Shown here: positions 36,838 through 45,580 of the stretch, one piece after another | How positions within the stretch are numbered: the stretch's first letter is position 1 | How the letters are laid out: every line of letters starts with the position of its first letter | DNA from: an uncultured delta proteobacterium | GTDB lineage: Bacteria > Myxococcota > Myxococcia > Myxococcales > Anaeromyxobacteraceae | Direction of reading: 5' to 3' | Length of the DNA: 64,000 bases | NCBI GenBank assembly: GCA_963828255.1 | Contig: CAWHDZ010000011.1 | Span: 200,008 to 264,007, forward strand | Made by a program: the position numbers and the translations under genes | Notes under the pieces: model-generated | The model's input: the letters and a program-made list of their open reading frames with translations, nothing else | The model's database searches: none | What the model was told of the DNA's origin: nothing

Positions 36838-38100
36838 TCACCCGCCGAAGCGCGCGTCGGCGCTCGGGTTCTCCGAGCGGACCCCCAGTTCCGGCACCCA
36901 GAGGACCCACCCCGCATCGTCCGCCAGGACCCTGAGCCCGTCCCGGACCTCCCGGGGCACCTTCCGGTCGATGAGCCAGGCCTTGAGCTTCTTCGAGCCG
37001 CGCCCCCCTCCGGGGCGGAAGCGGTCGCCGGGGCGCCTCCCGCGCCACCAGAGGGGCCAGACCGCTCCCGTCACCGAGCCCACCTCGAGCACCCCGCCCT
37101 CCGGCAGGGAGTGGGATCCCGGCCCCGCGATGCGGACCGGTTCGGCGGCGGGAGCGGTCGCCGGCGACGCCCGGATCGCGAGCGCCCCATAGCGGACGCA
37201 GGCCTCGAATCCCCTGGACAGCGGCGCCCGGGAAGGCCCGCGCCGGCCGAGCAGCGCCAGCACCGACTCGACCTGGCGCGCCTCCAGGTCGGCCCGCCTG
37301 CCCGTGGCCCTGCGCCAGAGGTCGCGCACCACCCGCCTCCGGACCGCGACCGGCTCGGCGAGGAGGTCGGCGATGCGGACCGCGCCCCCCTCCGCGAGAC
37401 GCCGTCCCTCGCCGGCCAGCGCGCGTTCGTCGTCGCGCAGGAGGTCGGCTGCCCGGGCCAGGGCCCGGGATGCGTGCGGGGCCAAGGATCGGAGGACCGG
37501 GATCACCTCGGCGCGCACCCGGTTTCGCAGGAACCGCGGGGTCGCGTTGGACGGATCCTCGAGGTGGGCCAGGCCGCGCGCCCGCACGTGGGCGATCACC
37601 TCGGCGCGGGTGCGGTCGATGAGCGGGCGGACGATGGCGCCCCGTCGCGGCGGGATCCCCGACAGGCCGCGCGCGCCGGAGCCCCGGAGGAGGCGGAGGA
37701 CGACCGTCTCGGCCTGGTCGTCCTGGGTGTGGCCGGTGGCGATTCGCGTCGCGCCCACCCGGGTGGCCTCGAGGCGCAGCGCGGCATAGCGGGCCCTGCG
37801 CGCCTCCGCCTGCACGTTGCCCCCGCGAACCTCGACCTTCACCCGGCGCAGGGGGACGCCAAGCGATGCGCACACCAGCGCACACGTGTCACCGTCGAGG
37901 TGGCTCCCGGGTCGCAGGCCGTGGTCCACGTGGAGCGCCGTGACCTCGCGGAGGTCGCCGGCGTCGCGCATCGCGGCGAGGGCCGAGAGGAGGGCCGTCG
38001 AGTCCGCTCCACCCGACAGGGCCACCAGGACGGTGTCGGTGTACCCAAGAAGGTACCTTCTCCGGCAAGTGTCCGTGACAGCTGAGGTAAACGTCTTCAC
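36838..38100 (-). CDS. tilS: tRNA(Ile)-lysidine synthetase
   Basis: [31 protein letters not shown]. Confidence 0.94.
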   Translation of the reverse strand: MKTFTSAVTDTCRRRYLLGYTDTVLVALSGGADSTALLSALAAMRDAGDLREVTALHVDHGLRPGSHLDGDTCALVCASLGVPLRRVKVEVRGGNVQAEARRARYAALRLEATRVGATRIATGHTQDDQAETVVLRLLRGSGARGLSGIPPRRGAIVRPLIDRTRAEVIAHVRARGLAHLEDPSNATPRFLRNRVRAEVIPVLRSLAPHASRALARAADLLRDDERALAGEGRRLAEGGAVRIADLLAEPVAVRRRVVRDLWRRATGRRADLEARQVESVLALLGRRGPSRAPLSRGFEACVRYGALAIRASPATAPAAEPVRIAGPGSHSLPEGGVLEVGSVTGAVWPLWWRGRRPGDRFRPGGGRGSKKLKAWLIDRKVPREVRDGLRVLADDAGWVLWVPELGVRSENPSADARFGG

Positions 38101-38136
38101 CCTATTGTCCCCTGATCTCCCTACACGGGCCACCTG

Positions 38137-38165
38137 TTGACCTCACCCCTCCATGTCGCCATGTT
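38137..38165 (+). promoter_or_regulatory. Putative sigma70 promoter of the candidate sRNA
   Basis: TTGACC-N17-CATGTT. Confidence 0.5.
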
Positions 38166-38170
38166 CGGGT

Positions 38171-38260
38171 GCGTTGGTGGTTCGCCAAGCCGGGCCGAGA
38201 GACTCCCCTCCCTCTCTTGGCCTGCGGGGAGTCGGCAGAGATGCCGGCTCCTCTTTTTTT
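38171..38260 (+). ncRNA. Candidate ~90-nt three-hairpin sRNA or attenuator leader
   Basis: SL1 38174-38188; SL2 12-bp stem with CUCCCCUCCC loop; SL3 12-bp stem, GAGA tetraloop, U7 tail. Confidence 0.6.
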
Positions 38261-38298
38261 GTTCATCGTCCCCCGGAACGTCCATCCGCGCGACATCC

Positions 38299-38328
38299 TT
38301 GACCTTGTGTCGAGACGCGACGTATGAA
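38299..38328 (+). promoter_or_regulatory. Putative sigma70 promoter of the small RHH gene
   Basis: TTGACC-N18-TATGAA. Confidence 0.5.
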
Positions 38329-38365
38329 CGCAGAAACGCACCCAATCCTACCTCAGGGAGAATCG

Positions 38366-38587
38366 ATGGCCGGAACCGACAAGCGCAAGCAGTCACTCTA
38401 CTTCCCCGAGGACATGCTGAACGAGATCCAGATCGAGGCCAACCGGCAGGACCGGTCGCTCTCCTGGATCGTGCAGCAGGCATGGAAGCACGGTCGCGAC
38501 AAGATCAAGTCCCTCCCGTCGGTGAACGACTCCCTCTCCGGGGACTCGCGGCCGGACGAGCGCGAGGAGCGGGAGCGCGGCGTCTAG
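38366..38587 (+). CDS. Small ribbon-helix-helix-like protein (resembles myxobacterial MXAN_4361/4362, TIGR04563 family)
   Basis: KRKQSLYFPEDML...RQDRSLSWIVQQAW; AGGGAG RBS; family recalled from memory. Confidence 0.8.
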   Translation: MAGTDKRKQSLYFPEDMLNEIQIEANRQDRSLSWIVQQAWKHGRDKIKSLPSVNDSLSGDSRPDEREERERGV

Positions 38588-38684
38588 GCGACCGCCCGGC
38601 CTCGCGGCACCCGGCGCATCGGAGCGATCCGGCGCGCCGTTGCTTTTTTGACTCCCGGTCCCCCCGGAGCGATACCGGGGGGAC

Positions 38685-39986
38685 ATGGCAAGCCCCCCGT
38701 CCGACAGCGCCGATCCGAACCCGAGCCGCGGGCCGCCCGGCGGCGGCGATCCACGCTGGGTCGAGCCGGGCGACGACGACGGTCCCGGGTCGGCCCCGGT
38801 CGATCCGGGATTCCCCTCCCCCCCGCGCGGCGGCTCTTCACGGATGGTTCAACTCGTGGCGCTTTCCGGCGTCGCCATCGTGGCCCTGGCGGCCGCGCTC
38901 CTCTACCGGACCCATCACCGGCGCGAGGTCCTGACCCAGGGGACGGTCCGCGCCCGCGAGCTGATGCGGGCCGATACCTGGGCCGGGTACCGCGCCGCCT
39001 CCCAGGTCCTCGAGCCGCTGGTCGCCATCGACGCCATGGAGGCGGGGGCGCTGCGGGCACAGGCGCTCGCCATGCTGGCCGCCGACTACCGGGACGAGGG
39101 GGCCGCGGTCGAGGCCGAGCGCCTGCTCGACGCCCCGGAGCGCGCCGCCGAGATCCCCCCCGCCGCCAGCCTGGCGCGGGCGGCGCTGGCCATGGGACGC
39201 GGGCAGGCCGGTTCGGCCGCCATCTCGGCCGCGCGGGCGGGCACCGGATCCTCGGGGCGCGTGCTGCAGGGCCGGGTCGCGTTGCTGGCCGGAAATCCCG
39301 CCGGGGCCGCCGAGTTCGCCGCCGAGGCCGTGGCGTCCGACCCGGGACTGCCCGCCGCCCTGGCGCTCCAGGGGGACGCGCTGCGCCGGACCGGGAAGCC
39401 GGAGGGCGCACGGCAAGCCTACCTCGGAGCGCTCCACGCGTCGCCCGGTCACCCCCGCGCGACCTACGGCCTCGCCAAGCTCGCACTCTCGGGAAAGGCG
39501 CGGCCCGAGGAGGCCTACCCGGCGCTGGAGGGAATCCTGGCCGATCGCGCCGGCGTTCCCGGAAACGAGCGGGGCCGGGCCGCGCTGCACCTCGCGGCGC
39601 TGCAGGGGCGCGCCGGCGACCGGGCCGGGGCGCAGCGGACCCTCGATTCCTCCGGCGCCACCGGCGCCGACCGGGCCTGGCTCGAGAGGGCCGTCGCCGA
39701 GGAGGAACTGTCCCGCACCGGATACCGCGTCGTGGACGGCGCACCCGCCGCACTCCAGAGCGCGAGCGACGACGACCCGTACGTACCCCCTCCGCCCGCC
39801 CCGCCGCCTCCGCCTCGGGAGCCGCAAAGGAAGGCCGTGAAGCAGAAGGCGGCGCCCGGGAAGAAGGCCCCGGCCAAGGCGCCGGCCAAGTCCAAGGCGA
39901 CCGGCAAGCCCAAGGGTGCGAAGCAGCCCGCCAAGGCACCGGCAAAGGCCCCCGCGAAGAAGTCGCCCAGGCCCCCGCCAGGGTAG
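38685..39986 (+). CDS. Membrane-anchored TPR protein with Lys/Ala/Pro tail
   Basis: One TM, Ala-rich TPR-like helices, KAPAK repeats. Confidence 0.75.
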   Translation: MASPPSDSADPNPSRGPPGGGDPRWVEPGDDDGPGSAPVDPGFPSPPRGGSSRMVQLVALSGVAIVALAAALLYRTHHRREVLTQGTVRARELMRADTWAGYRAASQVLEPLVAIDAMEAGALRAQALAMLAADYRDEGAAVEAERLLDAPERAAEIPPAASLARAALAMGRGQAGSAAISAARAGTGSSGRVLQGRVALLAGNPAGAAEFAAEAVASDPGLPAALALQGDALRRTGKPEGARQAYLGALHASPGHPRATYGLAKLALSGKARPEEAYPALEGILADRAGVPGNERGRAALHLAALQGRAGDRAGAQRTLDSSGATGADRAWLERAVAEEELSRTGYRVVDGAPAALQSASDDDPYVPPPPAPPPPPREPQRKAVKQKAAPGKKAPAKAPAKSKATGKPKGAKQPAKAPAKAPAKKSPRPPPG

Positions 39987-40000
39987 CGGCCGAGCACGAG

Positions 40001-40021
40001 GCTGCACGGACCTCGTGCAGC
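40001..40021. promoter_or_regulatory. NtrC-like enhancer palindrome upstream of amt
   Basis: GCTGCACG-gacct-CGTGCAGC (TGCAC-N7-GTGCA). Confidence 0.75.
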
Positions 40022-40091
40022 GGGCTGCGCGCCCGGCGGGCAGGGCCACGCCCCGCTGCCTGGAAAGCGCGCGATCCCCCTGCCCGGCGAC

Positions 40092-40108
40092 CCGGCACGC
40101 CGCCTGCA
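40092..40108 (+). promoter_or_regulatory. sigma54 promoter of amt
   Basis: CCGGCACGCCGCCTGCA, GG-N10-GC. Confidence 0.7.
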
Positions 40109-40147
40109 ACGCGCCCAGGCACCCCACCTTCAGCGAAGGAGCACCGC

Positions 40148-41410
40148 TTGAATCCAATCAACTCGGGCGACACGGCGTTCGTCCTCATGAGCGCCGCCCT
40201 CGTGATGTTCATGACCCCCGGCCTGGCCTTCTTCTACGGCGGCCTGGTCCGCGCCAAGAACGTCGTCCACACCATGATCCTCTCCATCGTGTGCATGGCG
40301 GTGGTGGGCGTCCTCTGGGCGGTGATCGGCTACAGCCTCTCCTTCTCCCCGGGCACCTTCGACTCGTTCCTCGGCGGGGCCCACTGGTTCAACCTGAAGG
40401 GCGTCGGGGCCGAACCGGAGAAGTCGCTCGGCGCCACCATCCCCCACGTCGCCTTCATGCTGTTCCAGGGGATGTTCGCCGTGATCACCCCGGCGCTCAT
40501 CTCCGGCGCGCTGGTGGAGCGGATCCGGGTCAAGGCCTTCGTGCTCTTCGTCGTCCTCTGGAGCCTCATCGTCTACACGCCGGTCGCCCACTGGGTCTGG
40601 GCTCCGGGCGGCTGGCTGCGCGCCAGGGGCGTCCTCGACTTCGCCGGCGGCACTGTGGTCCACATCAACGCCGCCGCGGCCGCCATCGTGGGCGCGCTGC
40701 TCCTCGGCAAGCGGCGCGGCCTCAAGACCCCCAGTTCGCTCCCGCACAACGTGCCCTTCGTGATCCTCGGCGCCGGCATGCTCTGGTTCGGCTGGCTCGG
40801 ATTCAACGGCGGCTCGGCGCTGGCGGCCAACGGCCTCGCGGCGTATGCATTCGCCAACACCTTCTTCGCCCCGGCAGCGGCGGCAGCGGCCTGGGGTCTC
40901 GCCGAGCTCTTCTTCTTCCACGGCAAGATGTCCGGTGTCGGGCTCGCCTCTGGCGCGGTGGCCGGGATGGTCGCCATCACGCCGGCCGCCGGGTTCGTCA
41001 CGCCGGCCTCGTCGCTCGTCATCGGCGCGCTGGCCGGCATCGCCTCCCTGCTGGCGGTGCGCCTCCGGCCCCGCCTCGGCATCGACGACTCGCTCGACGT
41101 CTTCGCCGTACACGGGGTGGCTGCCACGCTGGGCGCGCTCCTCACCGGCGTCCTCGCCACGAAGCTCGTGAACCCGGACGGCGCCGACGGAAGCCTGTCG
41201 CTGCTCGGGTGGCAGGCGGTGGGCGTCGCCGTGACGTTCGCCTGGTCGGGCGGAATCTCGTTCCTCCTCTACAAGGTGGTGGGGTTCGTCTTCCCGCTGC
41301 GGGCCGAGGAGCAGGACGAGTGGAACGGGATGGACACCTCGGAGAGCGGCGAGCGCGGCTACATCCACGCCGACATCGAGTCCTCCTCGGGCGGGGCCGT
41401 CGGCGGCTGA
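40148..41410 (+). CDS. amtB: Ammonium transporter
   Basis: MTPGLAFFYGG, DFAGGTVVH, WFGWLGFNGGS, DDSLDVFAVHG; TTG start with GAAGGAG RBS. Confidence 0.95.
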   Translation: MNPINSGDTAFVLMSAALVMFMTPGLAFFYGGLVRAKNVVHTMILSIVCMAVVGVLWAVIGYSLSFSPGTFDSFLGGAHWFNLKGVGAEPEKSLGATIPHVAFMLFQGMFAVITPALISGALVERIRVKAFVLFVVLWSLIVYTPVAHWVWAPGGWLRARGVLDFAGGTVVHINAAAAAIVGALLLGKRRGLKTPSSLPHNVPFVILGAGMLWFGWLGFNGGSALAANGLAAYAFANTFFAPAAAAAAWGLAELFFFHGKMSGVGLASGAVAGMVAITPAAGFVTPASSLVIGALAGIASLLAVRLRPRLGIDDSLDVFAVHGVAATLGALLTGVLATKLVNPDGADGSLSLLGWQAVGVAVTFAWSGGISFLLYKVVGFVFPLRAEEQDEWNGMDTSESGERGYIHADIESSSGGAVGG

Positions 41411-41538
41411 TCGGCGCGCACGACCCACCTCACCGCGGCCCGCCGTGCCTCGCGCCCGGCGGGCCGTCTTGCGTCCGCGGCGCGACGACGGGCCCGGCAC
41501 GCATTCACCCCGCGGCGCTGCGCGCCGGGGAGGCACCC

Positions 41539-41559
41539 GCTGCACGGGGGACGTGCAGC
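41539..41559. promoter_or_regulatory. Second NtrC-like enhancer palindrome
   Basis: GCTGCACG-gggga-CGTGCAGC, arms identical to the amt site. Confidence 0.75.
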
Positions 41560-41605
41560 TCCAGTCGCCTGCCGGTGAACCCGGAGCATTTCCGGAGCCC
41601 GGCGT

Positions 41606-41622
41606 GCGGCACGGGGAGTGCA
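41606..41622 (+). promoter_or_regulatory. sigma54 promoter of the outer-membrane protein gene
   Basis: GCGGCACGGGGAGTGCA, GG-N10-GC. Confidence 0.65.
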
Positions 41623-41681
41623 GCGGTCTCGAGTCGAATGAACGGATCGCCTTCCGCGACCACTTTCCAGGGAGACCATCG

Positions 41682-42488
41682 ATGAAGAAGCTCGTCCGTA
41701 TCGCCGCCGCTTGCGCCCTCGCGCTCTCCGCGCAGACCGCCTGGGCGACTCCGTCCACCGTCTTCTGGACCCCGGCCACGACCTACGTCCAGCCGTTCCT
41801 GCTGCCGCACCTCACCTTCGACACCTACTTCAACGACAAGGCCGCCTACCCGATCAACGTCGGCCTCACGGTCGGCGTCCTGCCGTTCGAGAAGGTGCAG
41901 GCCGAGGTGGGCATCGACTTCTTCTTCCCCTACTGGGGAGGCAGCGCCATCTTCGTGCAGCCGGCGGGAGCGCTGCAGCTGAACGCCAAGGTCGGCCTCG
42001 TCGAGGGAGCCTACGGGGATTGGTTCCCGGGCATCTCCGGCGGCATCTTCGGGGTGGGCGTCAACCAGGGGACCCAGTTCAGCGTGCTGCATGCGGAGAT
42101 CGGCAAGACCTTCTTCTTCGGCGCGGTCACGGTGGGCGGCTACTACGGGGCGGGGGGCACGAACGCGCTCTGGAGCGACGTCGACGGGGTGGTGCTGACG
42201 CGCGGCGGCTTCATGGCCTCCTACGTCTCCCCGGATCTCGTCCTCGACCTGAAGGGGATCTACAAGCTCAACTTCGTCGCCGACATCATGACCGGCAACA
42301 ACGCCTACTCGGCGGCCGGCGGTGGCATCGCCGTCTACTTCACGCCCGCCATCGACGTCATCACCGGTCCGCTCTTCTTCCTGAACAAGTACGCACAGCC
42401 CGCCCAGTCCAACATGATGTGGACGGTCCAGCTGGACGTTGACTTCGACCTCGGGGCCAAGGCCCCGGCCGAGCCGGCCAAGTCGTAA
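41682..42488 (+). CDS. Secreted, probable outer-membrane beta-barrel protein
   Basis: Signal peptide MKKLVRIAAACALALSAQTAWA; aromatic/Gly-rich alternating strands; WTVQLDVDF near the C-terminus. Confidence 0.75.
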   Translation: MKKLVRIAAACALALSAQTAWATPSTVFWTPATTYVQPFLLPHLTFDTYFNDKAAYPINVGLTVGVLPFEKVQAEVGIDFFFPYWGGSAIFVQPAGALQLNAKVGLVEGAYGDWFPGISGGIFGVGVNQGTQFSVLHAEIGKTFFFGAVTVGGYYGAGGTNALWSDVDGVVLTRGGFMASYVSPDLVLDLKGIYKLNFVADIMTGNNAYSAAGGGIAVYFTPAIDVITGPLFFLNKYAQPAQSNMMWTVQLDVDFDLGAKAPAEPAKS

Positions 42489-42503
42489 CGCGCGTGGGGC
42501 GCA

Positions 42504-42549
42504 GAGGGCGGTTCCGGGGCGGCGGGCCCCGGAGCCGCCTTCACCTTTC
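42504..42549. terminator. Hairpin terminator between convergent genes
   Basis: GAGGGCGGTTCCGGGGC/GCCCCGGAGCCGCCTTC stem. Confidence 0.65.
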
Positions 42550-42578
42550 GTGGGACCTGATCGAGGCCGTCGGCGCCT

Positions 42579-43064
42579 TCAGACCTTGATGCACTGGATC
42601 ACCGTGTCGAAGACGGCGAACTCCATCTGCTCCCGCTCCGCCGCACCCATTCCCTGGAACTGGAACGACACCCGGACGGCGCCGGGCTGGACCAGCGCGT
42701 TCACCACCCTGGCCCGGAGCGCCACCGGCTCCGCTCCCGGCAGGCGGATCTTGACCTTGACCTCCTCGTCGGTGGGCGGCGACTTGGCGAGCAGCGCCGA
42801 GAAGCCCCCCACGGACACCTCCTGGGTCACCGCGCGAACCCGGTCCACGCTCCACTCGATGTCCGCCTGCAGGGCCCGGGCGACGCGCAGCGCCTGCCGC
42901 GGAACCTCGCCCTTCCTGAGGCCGGCTGCCTGGGCCCCGAGCAGCGCCCGGGCCAGCTCGTCGCGCCCGGCCCGGTAGTCCGCCAGCCCCTCGGCGGAGA
43001 GGCTCCCGGCCCGCGCCTGCTCGTGCTGCGTCTTGAAGCGGACCAGCCAGTCCTTGAGGCTCAT
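42579..43064 (-). CDS. PilZ-domain protein
   Basis: RQALR (RxxxR) and EVSVGG (D/NxSxxG-like). Confidence 0.75.
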   Translation of the reverse strand: MSLKDWLVRFKTQHEQARAGSLSAEGLADYRAGRDELARALLGAQAAGLRKGEVPRQALRVARALQADIEWSVDRVRAVTQEVSVGGFSALLAKSPPTDEEVKVKIRLPGAEPVALRARVVNALVQPGAVRVSFQFQGMGAAEREQMEFAVFDTVIQCIKV

Positions 43065-43879
43065 GCGAGCTCCAGCATACACCGTGCGTCAGAGGGCGAG
43101 GCCAGTCGGCGCCCCGACGCCGCCACCAGGCGGACCGCCGCGGCCACCAGCTCCTGGTTGCCCTTCGCGAGGACCCCCTTGGAGAGGTAGAGGTTGTCCT
43201 CCAGTCCGACCCGCACGTGGCCACCCATGCGAAGCGAGAGCTCGGCCATGGGCATCTCGAAGCGGCCGATCCCGGCCACCGTCCAGGGGACCGGCTCCGG
43301 CATCCCCTCCACCAGGAACCGGAGGTTCCGCTCGGTCCCGGACATCCCTCCGGGGACCCCGAGCACGAACTGCACGTGGTAGGGGCGGGCCAGGTGACCC
43401 TTGTCGAGGAACCAGCGCAGGGTCTCGAGCATCCCGGCGTCGTAGACCTCGCACTCGGGCACGATCCCCCGCTCGCGGATGCGGCCGGCGATGCGGACGA
43501 TGTCGGGGCGCGCGTTCACGAAGACGTCGTCGCCGAAGTTGAGCGTGCCCATGTTCAGGGTCGCCATCTCCGCGCCGGGGACGAGGGACCCCAGCCGCTC
43601 CTCCACGCCCATCCCCACCGCGCCGCCGGTGGAGCACTGCACGACGACGTCGCAGCCGGCCGCCCGGATGCGGTCCACGATCTCGCGGAAGTGCTCGGCG
43701 CGCTGCGAGGGCCGTCCGTCCGGGTGGCGCGCGTGCAGGTGGACGACCGCCGCCCCCTCCCGCCAGGCTTCCACCGCTGCGCGGGCGATCTCCTCCGGCG
43801 TGTACGGGACGGCCGGGCTCTGCTCCCGGGTCACCTCGGCCCCCACGACCGCGCAGGTGACGATGGCCTTCTCTCCCAC
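43061..43879 (-). CDS. kce: 3-keto-5-aminohexanoate cleavage enzyme
   Basis: VHLHAR, STGG, RVGLEDN; kam gene context. Confidence 0.9.
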   Translation of the reverse strand: MGEKAIVTCAVVGAEVTREQSPAVPYTPEEIARAAVEAWREGAAVVHLHARHPDGRPSQRAEHFREIVDRIRAAGCDVVVQCSTGGAVGMGVEERLGSLVPGAEMATLNMGTLNFGDDVFVNARPDIVRIAGRIRERGIVPECEVYDAGMLETLRWFLDKGHLARPYHVQFVLGVPGGMSGTERNLRFLVEGMPEPVPWTVAGIGRFEMPMAELSLRMGGHVRVGLEDNLYLSKGVLAKGNQELVAAAVRLVAASGRRLASPSDARCMLELA

Positions 43880-43897
43880 GGCTGCCCCCTTCCTCGC

Positions 43898-44293
43898 CTA
43901 CCCGCGCACCCTGCGCTGCTTGTCCTTCGGGACCACGCAGGTCCCGGCGGCCCGGCAGACCACCACCGGCTCGGCCAGCAGCTCCGCGGCGCTGTCGGAG
44001 AGATCGGGGCGCGGGATCACGACCTTGCGGGCCTCGAATCGCATGGCCCGCGACGTTGCGCCGACCCGGGTGATCTCCCCGGTCGCCTCCACGTAGTCAC
44101 CGGCGTGCACCGGGGCCAGGAACTCCACCGCGTCGTAGGCGCGGAAGAGCCCCTCGTCGCCGTCGTGACGGACGAGGAGCTCGGTGGCCACGTCGCCGAA
44201 GAGCTGAAGCATGCGCGCCCCGTCCACCAGGTTTCCCCCGTAGTGGGCGTCGGCCTGGGACATGCGCATGCGGATGAGGACCCGGTCAGCCAT
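43898..44293 (-). CDS. kal: 3-aminobutyryl-CoA ammonia-lyase (hotdog fold)
   Basis: [24 protein letters not shown]. Confidence 0.9.
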   Translation of the reverse strand: MADRVLIRMRMSQADAHYGGNLVDGARMLQLFGDVATELLVRHDGDEGLFRAYDAVEFLAPVHAGDYVEATGEITRVGATSRAMRFEARKVVIPRPDLSDSAAELLAEPVVVCRAAGTCVVPKDKQRRVRG

Positions 44294-45071
44294 CTCGCTC
44301 CTCCGTCGGAGCCTTGCCCGCCCTGGCGAGCACGCGCCCCACGATGTAGTTCGCCACGTCGGACGGCTTCGTGCCCGGCCCGAAGCCGGCGTCGTATCCC
44401 AGCTCGAGCGCCAGCCGGTGGTCGATGCGGGGGCCGCCCAGGATGGTCACCAGCCGGTCGCGGATGCCGAGCTTCCCCAGCTCGTCGAGGAAGGCCCGGG
44501 CGTTCTCCTTGTGGACGTCACGCTGGGTGACCACCTGCGAGACCAGCACGGCGTCGGCCCCGGACTCGCGGCAGGCCCGGGCCAGCGCCGCGTTCTCCAC
44601 CTGCGAGCCGAGGTTGCGCGCGTCGAAGGCCGGGTAGCGCTCCAGGCCGTAGTCGCCGGCGAACCCCTTCATGTTCATGATGGCGTCGATGCCCACCGCG
44701 TGGGCGTCGGAGCCGGTGCAGGCGCCCAGCACCACGATGCGCCGCCCCAGATCGCGGGAGACGAGCGCGTTCAGCTCGTCGAAGCCGCGCTTCTCGACCT
44801 TCACCTCCGGCACGTCGATGGCCGTGAGGTCCACCGCGGCGTCGGTGCGGCCGTAGACCACGAAGAAGGTGTAGCCCTCGGCGGCCCTCTCCATGGCGGC
44901 CACGTGCACGCCTTCGATCCCCATCTTGCGGGCCACCTGCGTGGCCGCCTCCCGGGCCCGGTCACCGGGCTCCACCGGCAGGACGAAGGAGAGCTGCACC
45001 ACCCCGTCGTCGCGCCGGTCGCCGTACGGGCGCACCATCTCGGGCGGCGCTCCCTTCCCGGGCCGGGTCAT
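44286..45071 (-). CDS. kamE: Lysine 5,6-aminomutase beta subunit (B12-binding)
   Basis: RPYGD..DDG.VQLSF, DAHAVG (DxHxxG), MNMKGFAG. Confidence 0.93.
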   Translation of the reverse strand: MTRPGKGAPPEMVRPYGDRRDDGVVQLSFVLPVEPGDRAREAATQVARKMGIEGVHVAAMERAAEGYTFFVVYGRTDAAVDLTAIDVPEVKVEKRGFDELNALVSRDLGRRIVVLGACTGSDAHAVGIDAIMNMKGFAGDYGLERYPAFDARNLGSQVENAALARACRESGADAVLVSQVVTQRDVHKENARAFLDELGKLGIRDRLVTILGGPRIDHRLALELGYDAGFGPGTKPSDVANYIVGRVLARAGKAPTEERDG

Positions 45072-45580
45072 GGGTCCGCTCCCAGCCGCGCCGTGGACTG
45101 GAGCCGGCGCTGCACCTCGATGATGTCCGGGGAGACCGGGGAGCGGCAGGACAGGAAGACCCGGTACTGCTCGCCGCGGTCGCAGGTGGCCCAGGCCCAG
45201 CCGTGCCAGCCGCCCTGGTCGGCCTCCTGGGCCACGGCCTTCCTCCCCGCGAAGGTGGTGGCGTGCCTCCGCACGCCGGTGAGGGAGGATGCGCCGCGCA
45301 CCAGCGCCTCCTCGGCCCCCTCCAGGCACCGGTCTGCAGGGCCGGCCACGGAGGTGGCCGTCGCCTCCAGGATCGCCTCGCCCCCGGGCGAGGCGGCTTT
45401 CACCTTTCGTGAATCACCCTCGGCGCGCCAGCCCGAGGGCACCTCGAGCTCGAGGCCGGCCACGGAGTAGATCCGCGCCAATCCGTCCGGCGTCGGGCGC
45501 GAGACCGGCCCCACCCGGGCGCAGGAGACGAGGAGCAGCGCCGCCGCGACGACCGCCCCGGGCGCGAACCGGCGGCTCAC
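45068..45580 (-). CDS. Putative lipoprotein
   Basis: Lipobox LLVSC; 4-bp overlaps with both kamD and kamE. Confidence 0.7.
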   Translation of the reverse strand: MSRRFAPGAVVAAALLLVSCARVGPVSRPTPDGLARIYSVAGLELEVPSGWRAEGDSRKVKAASPGGEAILEATATSVAGPADRCLEGAEEALVRGASSLTGVRRHATTFAGRKAVAQEADQGGWHGWAWATCDRGEQYRVFLSCRSPVSPDIIEVQRRLQSTARLGADP

